In this document: one piece after another, positions 28,410-38,674 of the stretch
How positions within the stretch are numbered: position 1 is the first letter of the stretch
Layout: each line of letters begins with the position of its first letter
Origin: Desulfatiglandales bacterium
GTDB taxonomy: Bacteria; Desulfobacterota; DSM-4660; Desulfatiglandales; HGW-15
Direction: 5' to 3'
DNA: 64,000 bases
Assembly: GCA_963667015.2 (NCBI GenBank)
Contig: CAXXJJ010000001.1
Location: 2,780,555 to 2,844,554 of the forward strand
Program-made: the position numbers and the translations under genes
Notes under the pieces: generated by a model
What the model saw: the letters and a program-made list of their open reading frames with translations, nothing else
The model's database searches: none
Told to the model about the DNA's origin: nothing

Positions 28410-29981
28410 TTAATCTTCCTTGATATCTGGGTTAATGGAATTATCAAGCGGAAATACAATCTCTATTTCGGTGCCTTTGCCTGCGGAAGAGGTTACTTCA
28501 ATTCTTCCTCCATGTTCCTGAACAATACCATAGGCAACGGAAAGGCCGAGCCCGATTCCCTTTCCCTTTTTTGTTGTAAAAAACGGTTCAAATATCCTTT
28601 TGGTATCCTCTTCAGGGATACCTGATCCAGAATCCCTGAAATTTATTAATATACTATTGTCACCAAGTTCATGCCTGGTTTCAATGGTGAGGATACGTTC
28701 TTCAACGGCTTCCATTGCCTCGGCCGCATTTGAAACAAAATTCATAAAAACCTGCTGAAGCTGGTCGGCTGAACCCATGATATCGGGTAATTTTTTATCC
28801 AGTTTTGTTTCAACTGTAATGCCGTTTATTTTTAACAGATTTGAGTTAAGGATAAGGGTCTGTTCAATCATCATATTTATATCAACCTTTCCCGGTTCAA
28901 TTTTAGACTGCCTGGAAAAGGCCAGCAGGTTGCTTACGATCCTGCTTGTTCGTTTTGTCTCTGCCTCCATAAGGCCGAGATACTGCATGAATTTATCTAT
29001 GTCTCTCTGTAGCAGGGGACCGTCTTCAATCATTCTTTTCATGAGCATGATGAAGTTTAAAACACCTGCTATAGGGTTGTTTATTTCATGAACAACAGAG
29101 GCCGCAAGTTTTCCAAGGGATGCCATCTTATCCTGGTGAAGCAGCTGATCATGGGTCTCCTTGAGCTGCCTGGTCCTGTCTTCAACCATACCCTCCAGTT
29201 GCCTGGTTAAATTTTCCTCTTCTTTTAAACGGGAAGTAATGTCCCTGCTTATTTCAATAAATTTTGAAAGCTCACCATTTGTTTCCCAAAGGGGAAAGAT
29301 ATTTATTTCATGATGTCTGGTCTCACCATTTTTATCTATTCTGGGTAATATTTGTCTGACAGGCATTTTTAGTGAAATCGCATCCTTGAGCGGACACCTG
29401 AAACTGCCTTTGTTGCAGCGGTTGTCCTGCTTCTGAAAAACCTGGTAGCATTTTTTCCCGATCACATTTTCTCTTGAGAGTGCCATATGGTCGAATATGG
29501 CATCATTGACGTCCAGTATTTCGAGGTCGGGGCTTATTACTGTAATAAGATCCTGTATCCCGTTAAGGATTGTCTCTACCTCTTTATTCCTCTGGCGCAG
29601 CTTCTGTTCTTCAATGCTGATGGCCTTCCAGAAAACATTAAAGACATGGTAGGATTGTACTCTTATATGCGCGGGTTTTGACTTTAGAATTTCTTCAAGA
29701 ACTTCCTCTTTCGGGGTAAGGATTATAAACAGGTGAATGTTGTAGGAAGGGGCATATAATTCATGGTAATCACTGACGGTGATCAAGCCAAGTTTTCTGG
29801 CAGTTGCTATTCCGGGACTCTCCTGGTCCGGATCTGCAACTGCTGTCATGCGTGCACTTACTTCATCTTCTCTGTAGTCCTGAGTGGTCTTTTCAAGTAA
29901 CTCCTTACAAAATGTATTTCCCCCAATTACAGCTATATTAATAATTGAAGCATCTGTATCCGTCATGGGCGGATCTTCCAT
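28410..29981 (-). CDS. Soluble PAS sensor histidine kinase with an N-terminal Rossmann-like domain
   Basis: INIAVIGG...AVADPD.ESPG N-terminus, PAS (GKKCYQVF), H-box VVHEINNP, GIGLGLS. Start may be 29966. Confidence 0.9.
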   Translation of the reverse strand: MEDPPMTDTDASIINIAVIGGNTFCKELLEKTTQDYREDEVSARMTAVADPDQESPGIATARKLGLITVSDYHELYAPSYNIHLFIILTPKEEVLEEILKSKPAHIRVQSYHVFNVFWKAISIEEQKLRQRNKEVETILNGIQDLITVISPDLEILDVNDAIFDHMALSRENVIGKKCYQVFQKQDNRCNKGSFRCPLKDAISLKMPVRQILPRIDKNGETRHHEINIFPLWETNGELSKFIEISRDITSRLKEEENLTRQLEGMVEDRTRQLKETHDQLLHQDKMASLGKLAASVVHEINNPIAGVLNFIMLMKRMIEDGPLLQRDIDKFMQYLGLMEAETKRTSRIVSNLLAFSRQSKIEPGKVDINMMIEQTLILNSNLLKINGITVETKLDKKLPDIMGSADQLQQVFMNFVSNAAEAMEAVEERILTIETRHELGDNSILINFRDSGSGIPEEDTKRIFEPFFTTKKGKGIGLGLSVAYGIVQEHGGRIEVTSSAGKGTEIEIVFPLDNSINPDIKED

Positions 29982-29993
29982 TAAGTATAAAGG

Positions 29994-30626
29994 TTATTTT
30001 TTAATTTTATCTTCAAAATCTTTTACAAAAGATATGACAGTTTTTCTTACCTGAGCAAGGTCTATTTTACTGGTATTCAGGACCAGATGGTATAAGTTAG
30101 GTGAATTCGGCGGGCCCAGCTCAAAATATTTCATAAAGGAGTCTCTTCGTTTTTCACGGACCAGGATTTCCTTCTCCGCATCTTTCCTCTTCATCTTCCA
30201 GCTTTTTTCCAGAAATTTTATGCGGTCATCGAAGTCAGCTACAAGAAGGAGATGTATTACGTTTTCCCTGCCCTGGAGAATGTACTGGCTGCCCCTGCCC
30301 AGAATAACAACATTGTCTTCATCTGCAATCCGGTTTACAATACTTTGAAGGAATGTAATATACTTTTTTTCATCGAAATCTGTTTTTTTATCACCTACAA
30401 GATTCTCAATAAATTCTCCGTTAACAAATTTGTTTACAAAGCGCATAAGCCAGTCACCTGCATGCTTTTCAACGCCCTTTATCCACTCTGTGGAAACATT
30501 CGCCTCTTTTGCCATTTCGTTGAGAATCTGTGAGCTGATAAACTTATAACCGAGCTGGGAAGAGATAGATTTGCCAAGGGTCCACCCCCCGGCGCCGAAC
30601 TGACGGGAAATCGATAATACGGCCAT
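29994..30626 (-). CDS. Cytidylate kinase-like family protein
   Basis: ISRQFGAGG P-loop variant, VILGRGS, YHLVLNT. Confidence 0.85.
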   Translation of the reverse strand: MAVLSISRQFGAGGWTLGKSISSQLGYKFISSQILNEMAKEANVSTEWIKGVEKHAGDWLMRFVNKFVNGEFIENLVGDKKTDFDEKKYITFLQSIVNRIADEDNVVILGRGSQYILQGRENVIHLLLVADFDDRIKFLEKSWKMKRKDAEKEILVREKRRDSFMKYFELGPPNSPNLYHLVLNTSKIDLAQVRKTVISFVKDFEDKIKK

Positions 30627-30776
30627 ATTACCCTCCTGCAGTTAAGGATGAATTATTTATATAATGCCACAGGTGTAAAACAAAGTCCAGATTAAGTTTT
30701 TTATGCCTAATTATCCTATTTGTTTTTATATTAATTTAATACCTTGCCCGGAAAAAGCAAGGTATCGGTGCTGTAG

Positions 30777-31175
30777 TTATTTATTTTTTAAAAGATCTGC
30801 AAGGCCTGCGAAAGGATTGTGGGTTATTGATTCTGTCTTTTTATCTCCGGAATCCGGCATTTCACCATCCAGGTGATCAAGATATCTTCTGTGCTCATTA
30901 TCATGGCAGTATACGCACAGGTTTTCCCAGTTGCTTCCGTCAGACGGATTATTGTCATGATTGTGGTCTTTGTGATGTACCGTCAGGAGATGAAGATTTT
31001 TATGTGTAAACTCCCTTCCGCAGCGTGCGCAGACCCATGGGTGGATATTCAGGGACTGTTCGCGATAGCCCTTCATCCTGTCTCCATCGGATTTTCGTGC
31101 CTTTGCCACAATTTTATCCATTTCTTCTTTTGTGAGTTTCTTCCTTGATGACTGGATCTTTTCACTATTATCCAA
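30777..31175 (-). CDS. YajD-family HNH nuclease
   Basis: CARCGREF...LTVHHKDHNHDNNP.DGSNWENLCVYCHDNEH, THNPFA tail. Confidence 0.9.
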   Translation of the reverse strand: MDNSEKIQSSRKKLTKEEMDKIVAKARKSDGDRMKGYREQSLNIHPWVCARCGREFTHKNLHLLTVHHKDHNHDNNPSDGSNWENLCVYCHDNEHRRYLDHLDGEMPDSGDKKTESITHNPFAGLADLLKNK

Positions 31176-31518
31176 AACAATTATCCTCCTTTTCGGTTTA
31201 TTCCAGGAAATTTAACATCTTTATTAACATTTTTCATCGATTTAATTATGGAAAAAAAGAAATTAAATTTGAAAGTATGTCCTGTCATATTAATTTAAGA
31301 TCGGGTCTTAATTTTTTTATTTCTTTTACAGGAAGAGATGCTCTCATGCCACCCAAGTTTATAGATTTCATCAATAGTATATCCGGTATTTTTTCTATTG
31401 ATTTTAAATGCACCATGAAATAATCATCATAGTTATATGATCTTATTATTTTTATCTGTGAACGATAAAGAGAATAATCGAACCGGTAAGGACAAGACAG
31501 GTTACAGGGACCGTTATA

Positions 31519-32484
31519 ATGTTTTTCTCTACAGCAGACATCGAAGTTGCACTATGGATTCCGCCTTTAACAGCGTTTGTGATCTCATTTTTTACTTCCA
31601 TGGGCGGAGTTTCAGGTGCCTTTCTACTTCTTCCATTCCAGGTTTCCTTTCTTAGCTATACCAACCCGTCAGTCAGTGCCACAAACCAGGTTTTTAACAT
31701 TGTGGCAATCCCGAGCGGGGTGTACCGCTACTGGCGTGAAGGCCGAATGGTCTGGCCTTTAACATGGGTTGTGATTGCAGGTACTTTACCCGGAGTTTTT
31801 ATTGGAGCTGTAATACGGGTTGCCTGCCTGCCAAATCCTGTTCATTTCAAACTTTTTGCCTCTCTTGTGCTGCTTTATATTGGTCTTCAATTGATGCGAG
31901 ACCTTTTAAAGAAAAATACAGGCATTGATCATAAAGTTAAAAGTGAACTTAAATTTCGGGAAATGGTTAGAAACAACAGTTTAAACACGACTTTTGACCC
32001 GTCAAAACAAACAGAAAAGGGATTCCATCCTGTCAGAGTTACCCATTTTAATCTAAAAAGACTTGGATATACCTTTTATGATGAATCATTTGATATTTCC
32101 TTCTGGGGTATCTTTGCTCTCAGTTTTATAGTTGGTATTATCGGTGGCATTTATGGTATCGGGGGTGGTTCTATAATTGCGCCTTTTTTTGTAACCTTTT
32201 TCGGACTCCCTGTTTATACTGTTGCCGGCGCCGCGCTCATGGGAACCTTTGTTACATCGATTGCAGGAGTTGTGTTTTATCATCTCATAGCGCTGTTTTA
32301 CCCGGATCTATCAGTCGCCCCCGATTGGCTGCTGGGGATTTTATTTGGAACGGGAGGAATGGCCGGCATGTACCTGGGTGCGCGCTGTCAGAAATATGTA
32401 CCTGCAAAAGTTATAAAATGGATGTTGGCTGGTATAATTATTTTTACTGCTTCAAAGTATGCCATCAATTTCTTTCAATATTAA
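31519..32484 (+). CDS. TauE/SafE-family (sulfite exporter-like) permease
   Basis: SMGGVSGAFLLLP and GIYGIGGGSII repeats; multiple TM segments. Confidence 0.85.
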   Translation: MFFSTADIEVALWIPPLTAFVISFFTSMGGVSGAFLLLPFQVSFLSYTNPSVSATNQVFNIVAIPSGVYRYWREGRMVWPLTWVVIAGTLPGVFIGAVIRVACLPNPVHFKLFASLVLLYIGLQLMRDLLKKNTGIDHKVKSELKFREMVRNNSLNTTFDPSKQTEKGFHPVRVTHFNLKRLGYTFYDESFDISFWGIFALSFIVGIIGGIYGIGGGSIIAPFFVTFFGLPVYTVAGAALMGTFVTSIAGVVFYHLIALFYPDLSVAPDWLLGILFGTGGMAGMYLGARCQKYVPAKVIKWMLAGIIIFTASKYAINFFQY

Positions 32485-32538
32485 TGTCAAAGCAGGGCAA
32501 AAAGGGCAGCAATTACCTGGAAAATACCAGATATAAAA

Positions 32539-33048
32539 ATGGTTTTTTTCTTCTACAATATTGCAGAACAAATCCAGAAGGCAAAGGAGCTGTATACCCG
32601 GTATGCAAGTGATATAATGCTGGATAAAAAATGCTCCTCCCAGCTAGAGGAATTAAATACCGCAATAGAAGATTCATGGGAACTCATGAAAGAGCTGGGG
32701 GTAATTGAAATCTGTTCAGCCTGTGCTCAGGAGAAGACCGGAGGGTGCTGTCATTTTGGAATCGAAACGTGCTACACAGATATGATCATTCTGATGAACA
32801 TGCTTCTTGGTGTTACAGTACCTGAGCAGAGAAAACTGGAGAATAACTGCCTGTTTGTGGGTGAACATGGCTGTAGGCTGAAGGCACGTTTTAAGACCTG
32901 TATTCATCACCTCTGCCCTGAAATTATAAATTCCCTCAATGAATACGATTTGTTCAGGTTAAGGGCGCTCAACAGTTATGAAATTAAAGTGGTTTCGCAG
33001 GCCGAGTCATCTATAAGGGACTTTATACGGCGTGAAATCAACCGGTGA
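32539..33048 (+). CDS. Cys-rich hypothetical protein (YkgJ-like cysteine cluster)
   Basis: CSAC..GGCC...CLF..HGCRL..R..C...C pattern. Confidence 0.6.
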   Translation: MVFFFYNIAEQIQKAKELYTRYASDIMLDKKCSSQLEELNTAIEDSWELMKELGVIEICSACAQEKTGGCCHFGIETCYTDMIILMNMLLGVTVPEQRKLENNCLFVGEHGCRLKARFKTCIHHLCPEIINSLNEYDLFRLRALNSYEIKVVSQAESSIRDFIRREINR

Positions 33049-34396
33049 AGGAGATAATCAGGTGCCTGAGACACCAAGAGCATCACGAAGGGAACTTTTC
33101 GGGTGGGCAATGTTTGATTTTGCCAATTCATCCTATACAACCGTAATAATAACAATTGTTTTCTGTAATATTTTTACGGGTGTCATTGTGGGGGATGGCC
33201 CTGAGTTCCGTCTTGGTAACTCGCTCTGGACAGTGGCCTTATCTTTAAGTTATTTTGTTGTCCTCCTTACATCACCTTTGCTTGGTGCTGTAATGGATTT
33301 TACCGCATCAAAAAAGAAATTTCTCTTTGCAAGCTATCTCCTGACTGTTATTGCGACATCCTCACTTTTTTTTATCAAACCCGGATATATCATCCCGGGG
33401 ATAGTACTTATAGTTCTTTCCAATATCGGTTTTTCATATGGTGAGGCATTTGTTTCCAGTTTTCTTCCCGGACTTGGACCTCCAGAGGACCTGGGAAAAA
33501 TATCCGGCTATGCATGGGGACTGGGATACTTTGGCGGTTTGATATCAACAGCGATTGTTATTTTCGGATTCAATGGAAACCGGTACGAGATTGAAAATGT
33601 CGCGAACCTGCGCCTGGTAGGCCCTGTAACAGGCCTGTTTTTTCTCGTAGCCGCCATTCCTACTTTTTTATGGATAAGAGAACGTGCAATACCAAAGGTC
33701 CTTCCCGAAGGCGAAAATTACCTTTCTGCTGGAATAAAAAGGCTCAAAAAGACTGTCTCAGAGATCAGGGAATTCAAAGATCTTGTGATGCTTCTTTCCT
33801 CCTTCTTTTTCGCCTATGCCGGCCTTTCCATAGTTATAGCCTTTGCATTTATATATGGTAACCAGATAGTCAAATGGGAGGGGAAGACAGAGATATACAT
33901 GTTTATTATAACACAGTGCACTGCCGCTGGCGGGGCCTTCCTGTTCGGCTTTATTCAGGATAAATGGGGGGCAAAGAAGACATTTATTCTTACTCTCTTT
34001 CTTTGGATCATTACTATTCTCTTAATTTATGGTGTAAATGGAGTTACTGCTTTTATAAATGCTTTAACAGGCACATCGTTTAAGGGTGAACATATTTTTC
34101 TGGTTACAGGTTCCATTGCCGGGCTTGGCCTTGGCTCAACCCAGTCTGCATGCAGGGCAATGGTCGGGTTGTTCTCACCGGATACAAAGGCTGGCGAGTT
34201 CTTCGGGTTATGGAACTTCTCAAACCGCCTGTCGGCAATTGTGGGGCTTCTTGCAGTCGGAGCCCTGCAGGCACTTCTGGGACTTCAAAAGGCAGTGCTC
34301 ATTTGTTTAGTATTTTTTATTATTGCTGTAATTATTGCATTCTTTGTAAATGAAAAGAGAGGAAAAACTGCGGCACAGAGACATACGGGGGAGTAA
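33032..34396 (+). CDS. MFS transporter (Atg22/UMF1-like)
   Basis: WAMFDFANS, ISGYAWGLGYFGG, GEFFGLW. Confidence 0.88.
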   Translation: MKSTGEGDNQVPETPRASRRELFGWAMFDFANSSYTTVIITIVFCNIFTGVIVGDGPEFRLGNSLWTVALSLSYFVVLLTSPLLGAVMDFTASKKKFLFASYLLTVIATSSLFFIKPGYIIPGIVLIVLSNIGFSYGEAFVSSFLPGLGPPEDLGKISGYAWGLGYFGGLISTAIVIFGFNGNRYEIENVANLRLVGPVTGLFFLVAAIPTFLWIRERAIPKVLPEGENYLSAGIKRLKKTVSEIREFKDLVMLLSSFFFAYAGLSIVIAFAFIYGNQIVKWEGKTEIYMFIITQCTAAGGAFLFGFIQDKWGAKKTFILTLFLWIITILLIYGVNGVTAFINALTGTSFKGEHIFLVTGSIAGLGLGSTQSACRAMVGLFSPDTKAGEFFGLWNFSNRLSAIVGLLAVGALQALLGLQKAVLICLVFFIIAVIIAFFVNEKRGKTAAQRHTGE

Positions 34397-34418
34397 TGAA
34401 TGCAGGCTGAAGCTTTTC

Positions 34419-34465
34419 ACCCTGTTAAATGCTGCTTCGCAGCCCGTTTACGGATTTAACAGGGT
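34419..34465. repeat. Branched palindromic intergenic element
   Basis: ACCCTGTTAAAT/ATTTAACAGGGT outer stem enclosing GCTGC-TTC-GCAGC and CCGT-TT-ACGG hairpins. Confidence 0.65.
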
Positions 34466-34566
34466 AAAGGCTATAGGCTGTTAGGAAAAGGAGCCTGCCG
34501 TCTTTGCTAAAGCGACATAGGGGCCGGGAAGGGAATAATGCAGATTAATATCTGTTTAAAATATTA

Positions 34567-35943
34567 ATGGAAAATATAAAACACAGCATGCAAAAACTTT
34601 CCAGATCCGAGGCAATGGGAACAGATCCCATCTGGCGTCTCCTGTTCCGGTTTTCAGGGCCTGCAATTATTTCCATGACAGTGGCATCTACCTATAACCT
34701 GGTAGATGCCGTTTTTGTGGGGCGTCTCGGTTCGGATGCCCTTGCTGCCATGAGTGTTACGTTCCCGCTGCTGTTGTCCTTTATTGCACTTGCCTCCGGC
34801 ACAGGCGTCGGAGCAACATCGCTTATATCAAGGTCCCTTGGTTCGGGGGATAAGGAAAAAGCAAACAGGGCAGCATGCGTTGCCATAACACTGTGTCTTA
34901 TTATAAGTGCTTTCATCGCTCTGGTATGCCTGCCAAATATCAAACCCATCCTGACGCTGCTTGGAGCGAAGGGTACTGTTTTAACCCTGGCTGAAGATTA
35001 TGTTTCTGTCCTGATAAAGTGTATTATTTTTTCATGCATGTCCATGGTCCTCGGGAATATCATCAGGGCCGAGGGAAACCCGCTGTTTTCCAGTTCAGTA
35101 ATGGTATGCTCTTCAATTACCAATATCATTCTTGATCCTGTATTTATCTTTGGTATTGGCCCTGTACCTGCGCTGGGTATCTCAGGGGCAGCCGTCGCAA
35201 CAGTAATTGCCCAGGCCCTGAGTACCTTTATTTATCTTGGTTACCTGTTATCCAGCAGGGCGGGCTATGAATTTAAGATTGCCAATTTTATTCCCCATCC
35301 AAAGATTGTGTTTGAGATATACAGGATAGGCGTGGCATCCATTGTCAGGTCGGGAGTACAGTTTGTCGTAATGGGTGCAGTAAACAGGATTGCCGCCTCA
35401 CATGGTGTAATAACCCTGGCGTTAATTGGTGTCCTTATACGTATGGGCCGTTTTGTCCAGATGCCGGCCATCGGGATAGGGCAGGGGCTTCTGCCTCTCA
35501 TCGGATACAATTTCGGCGCCGGTAAAAGAAAAAGAATAACAGAACTGATTTTAAAAGCTGCGCTGTCAGGCATCATGTGGTCAGGGAGCTGCTGGGTAAT
35601 AATAATGCTGTTTCCCAGGCAGGTATTGTCTGTGTTCAACTCTGACCCGATTTTTTTAACAGAAGGTGTTCATGGTGTGCGTATATATTTTATCTGTATT
35701 TTTATACTTGGTATACAGATGATCCCGGGTTTCTTTTTTCAGGGCATTGGAAAAGGACTTCCTGCTACCATCCTCTCGGCCTCACGGCATTTTATCTTTC
35801 TTCTGCCTTCAGTTCTGATGCTTCCGGGTATTTTAGGTGTGACAGGCCTGTGGATGGCCTTTCCGATCGCCGACGTGATGACCTTTATTGTTGGATTGAC
35901 CTGGATTATTTTGGAGTATAGAAAGCAGGGGATATATACATGA
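34567..35943 (+). CDS. MATE-family efflux transporter
   Basis: YNLVDAVFVG, NIILDPVFIF..GISGAAVATVIAQ, PLIGYNFGAG. Confidence 0.93.
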   Translation: MENIKHSMQKLSRSEAMGTDPIWRLLFRFSGPAIISMTVASTYNLVDAVFVGRLGSDALAAMSVTFPLLLSFIALASGTGVGATSLISRSLGSGDKEKANRAACVAITLCLIISAFIALVCLPNIKPILTLLGAKGTVLTLAEDYVSVLIKCIIFSCMSMVLGNIIRAEGNPLFSSSVMVCSSITNIILDPVFIFGIGPVPALGISGAAVATVIAQALSTFIYLGYLLSSRAGYEFKIANFIPHPKIVFEIYRIGVASIVRSGVQFVVMGAVNRIAASHGVITLALIGVLIRMGRFVQMPAIGIGQGLLPLIGYNFGAGKRKRITELILKAALSGIMWSGSCWVIIMLFPRQVLSVFNSDPIFLTEGVHGVRIYFICIFILGIQMIPGFFFQGIGKGLPATILSASRHFIFLLPSVLMLPGILGVTGLWMAFPIADVMTFIVGLTWIILEYRKQGIYT

Positions 35944-36332
35944 TCAGTATATGTGGTGAAAACTGCACCTTCTGCCCTCGTTATGTAGCAACACAAAGCG
36001 GCAGCATGGATGAACTTGAAAAGGTGAAAGAATTGTGGGTGCGCCTTGGATTAAGAAATCCTGATTTCCCGGCAGAAGGTTTGAGATGCAATGGGTGTAG
36101 GCCGGAAAACAACTGTGCTTATCAAGAGCTCCGTTCATGTGTTAATGGCAGAAAGATTAAAAATTGCGGTTTCTGTGATGAGTACCCCTGTAAGTTTGTA
36201 ATAGAGGTTTTTGATAAAACTGAAAAATTAAGACTTAGGGCTGAAAAGGTTTGCACAAAGGAAGAATTAGAGAATCTTAATAAATCATTTTTCTCAAAAA
36301 AGGAATATTTTGACGGGATAAGTGAGAGGTAG
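35940..36332 (+). CDS. Small Cys-rich protein (DUF3795-like)
   Basis: CGENCTFC...CNGC...C...C...CGFCDEYPC; overlaps the MATE stop (ATGA). Confidence 0.75.
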   Translation: MISICGENCTFCPRYVATQSGSMDELEKVKELWVRLGLRNPDFPAEGLRCNGCRPENNCAYQELRSCVNGRKIKNCGFCDEYPCKFVIEVFDKTEKLRLRAEKVCTKEELENLNKSFFSKKEYFDGISER

Positions 36333-36351
36333 GATGCAATTTTCTTTTTTT

Positions 36352-36640
36352 TAGAGACAGGTTTTAAACCTGTCTCCACTGAGGAGGAATCTGACCCGGG
36401 AGCAGGCAAAAGCAAGGTAAAATACGCCGGGGCCATCATTGTATATATCATAAAACCAGGTAGATCTATCACTGCGGTTTACCAATGTGCTAATATTGGA
36501 AATTATAAGATCCTACCATAGCGGGCAGACACAGAGGTCTGCCCCTACAATGTGAAAGAGACATTTGATATAAATGTGGTATATGGCTTATTGGTAAACT
36601 TCGTTGTTAAAAAGGTGGGGCAGGCCCATGTACCTGCCCG
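36352..36640. repeat. Cluster of GTAG-type REP-like palindromes
   Basis: TAGAGACAGGTTTTAAACCTGTCTCCAC (36352-36379), CGGGCAGAC..GTCTGCCCCTAC (36522-36548), GTGGGGCAGG..CCTGCCCG (36615-36640). Confidence 0.75.
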
Positions 36641-36695
36641 CTTTCTCTTATTACAGGCATGAAAAAGAGGACGGTAAAAAAACATGATAGGGATT

Positions 36696-38045
36696 TCACA
36701 TATTTAAATCTACTTCTTCATTAATATGCGATGTTTCGGTGAAATATCTTTTTTCAATTTCACAAAGTGATAGATTAAGTCCGCTGAGATCAAAAGTCAG
36801 TAGATTTGGATCATCCTCGTTTAGCTTTGCAACTATCCTCAATTGATTGTTAAAATCCCCAACTATGCCGTCCATCGAAGATTTAGCATTTTTATACAGA
36901 TTTTCTGCTGCTTTAGGACTCAATTCAATAGTAACTTTAACATCATTCTTATTCGAGCCTGAATAGGAGGTTTCTACTGCCTGAACAATACCCGCGATAT
37001 CTTTATCTGTGATTTTACATTTTTGGTCCATTGTATTTATCTTCAGAGTAACGTCCGGAGCAAGCTTGTTGCCATCATAATCAATAGTCATATGTTGTGT
37101 TTTGATGATTTGCCAGCCTTCGGGAACATCCATGTTGAAAAGTTTATCATCCAAAGGGACATTCAAATGAAAATCTTTATATTCAGCACAACTCCTCCTG
37201 ATATCACCAGGGAGGATTTTTACTTCGAACTCGCCCTTTGCCATAATTGGTGTGCCGTCATTTCGGTTTACCCATAATTCATATGAGAATAAAGTATCTT
37301 GAACCACGGTTGTGTTATCTGGAAAATGTATCTTTTTTGGGGGAAGGTTTTTAAAACTGAATCCTACTGCGGGGATGCCATTAATAACACGTTCACCTAT
37401 AATTTTCGTTTCATCCTCAGAAACCTTCTTGATAATCTCCCAGCTCTTTGATACTTTATTTAAAATCGATTGAAATGGAGGTTCCCTTCGGCTATTAGCA
37501 TTCCATAACCAGTTTTCAACTTGAGCCTTACGGGATTTATCATACAGCATCAAAGTATCTAATCTGCCTGGTGCCAGCTTGGCAAGATAGGTTACATTAG
37601 ATCCGGGTTCCATGCCGGTTATATCAGATTTAAGAATCTCCCATTCCTCCCTTTTATAAAATGGGTCCTTTTGAAAAATGTTTGAGCAATAACTTAGTTT
37701 TTTACCTTCAGGAAATTCCGTGTCTACACATACCCGGAAGGAAATACTATGGAGCTGATCTAACTGTTTTTGCACATCAGCCCATGTGATTGATCCTGAC
37801 AGGTTTCCCATCCATGGAAATATTATAAAAAAGATTAATGCTGCAGCAGCAGCCAGCGGCAAAATAGACCAGCGTAAAGAAAATATTTTCATTTTATCTG
37901 ATTCAGGTTCCATTTGAATCAACCGTGACCTGATTCGATCTTTTAGGTCCTCAGGCATCTTTGGAACTGGTTTTCCCAGTTCAAGAAGACTGTCCACATT
38001 TTTATCAATATATTCTTTATCATTATATTTTTTATTATCTGTCAT
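36696..38045 (-). CDS. Putative membrane anti-sigma factor with a LolA-like extracytoplasmic domain
   Basis: Overlaps the ECF gene stop; single TM (ILPLAAAAALIFFIIF), then TWADV...ELWVNRNDGTP...LFNMDVPEGW. Confidence 0.7.
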   Translation of the reverse strand: MTDNKKYNDKEYIDKNVDSLLELGKPVPKMPEDLKDRIRSRLIQMEPESDKMKIFSLRWSILPLAAAAALIFFIIFPWMGNLSGSITWADVQKQLDQLHSISFRVCVDTEFPEGKKLSYCSNIFQKDPFYKREEWEILKSDITGMEPGSNVTYLAKLAPGRLDTLMLYDKSRKAQVENWLWNANSRREPPFQSILNKVSKSWEIIKKVSEDETKIIGERVINGIPAVGFSFKNLPPKKIHFPDNTTVVQDTLFSYELWVNRNDGTPIMAKGEFEVKILPGDIRRSCAEYKDFHLNVPLDDKLFNMDVPEGWQIIKTQHMTIDYDGNKLAPDVTLKINTMDQKCKITDKDIAGIVQAVETSYSGSNKNDVKVTIELSPKAAENLYKNAKSSMDGIVGDFNNQLRIVAKLNEDDPNLLTFDLSGLNLSLCEIEKRYFTETSHINEEVDLNM

Positions 38046-38674
38046 GGAGTAATCCTCCCTTCCTCTCCTCTCTCAAAAAATGAGGCAGAGATTGTTTCAA
38101 ATGCATCACGAAATGCCTGGCGTGCACGATGAAGCAGTATCTTTACTGCTCCCTCGCTGCTTTTTTCAAGAATCGCCATCTCGTGAAGTGTAAGGTCTTC
38201 AAAGTAATGTCTCTGTAATGCCATCTGATAGCGAACAGGTAAATTGGTAAGAGCAATACGCACAAGATCTGCTGTTTGTTTCTGCTGAAGAAGTTCTTCG
38301 GGAATACTATCTGAGCCCAGATTGGTTACAGCCTTGATAAGTTTGCTGTCAACACTCTCCCAGAAGTCCACAAGTTCACTGTTTTTTCCATGTCTGCGCA
38401 TGACCTTCCTGATGCAGTTGCGGGCAATGTATGTAAGCCATGGGAACATTTCACCACGTTTGGGATCATACCTATCAATAGTTTCAAGGGCAGTTGTAAA
38501 TGTTTCCTGTGCTGCCTCACCTGCAAGGTCGGTGTCTTTACCAACACGGTAATAGATGAAACCGTAAACCGGATCACTAAAAAACTCAAACCAGTGTGCT
38601 ATTTCCTTTTTGTCCCGCTTTCGCAAACGCTTAAGGTTAATTTCGGGTTCGGGTTTTGATGTAGTAATTGTCAT
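38042..38674 (-). CDS. ECF RNA polymerase sigma factor
   Basis: Region 2 (AQETF..WLTYIARN) and region 4 (LHEMA...VKILLHRAR). Confidence 0.9.
   Translation of the reverse strand: MTITTSKPEPEINLKRLRKRDKKEIAHWFEFFSDPVYGFIYYRVGKDTDLAGEAAQETFTTALETIDRYDPKRGEMFPWLTYIARNCIRKVMRRHGKNSELVDFWESVDSKLIKAVTNLGSDSIPEELLQQKQTADLVRIALTNLPVRYQMALQRHYFEDLTLHEMAILEKSSEGAVKILLHRARQAFRDAFETISASFFERGEEGRITP

Noticed and set aside
31145..31655. Short ORFs between the yajD-like and tauE-like genes
   Set aside because: AT-rich divergent promoter region; the ORFs overlap real genes and lack RBS or motifs.
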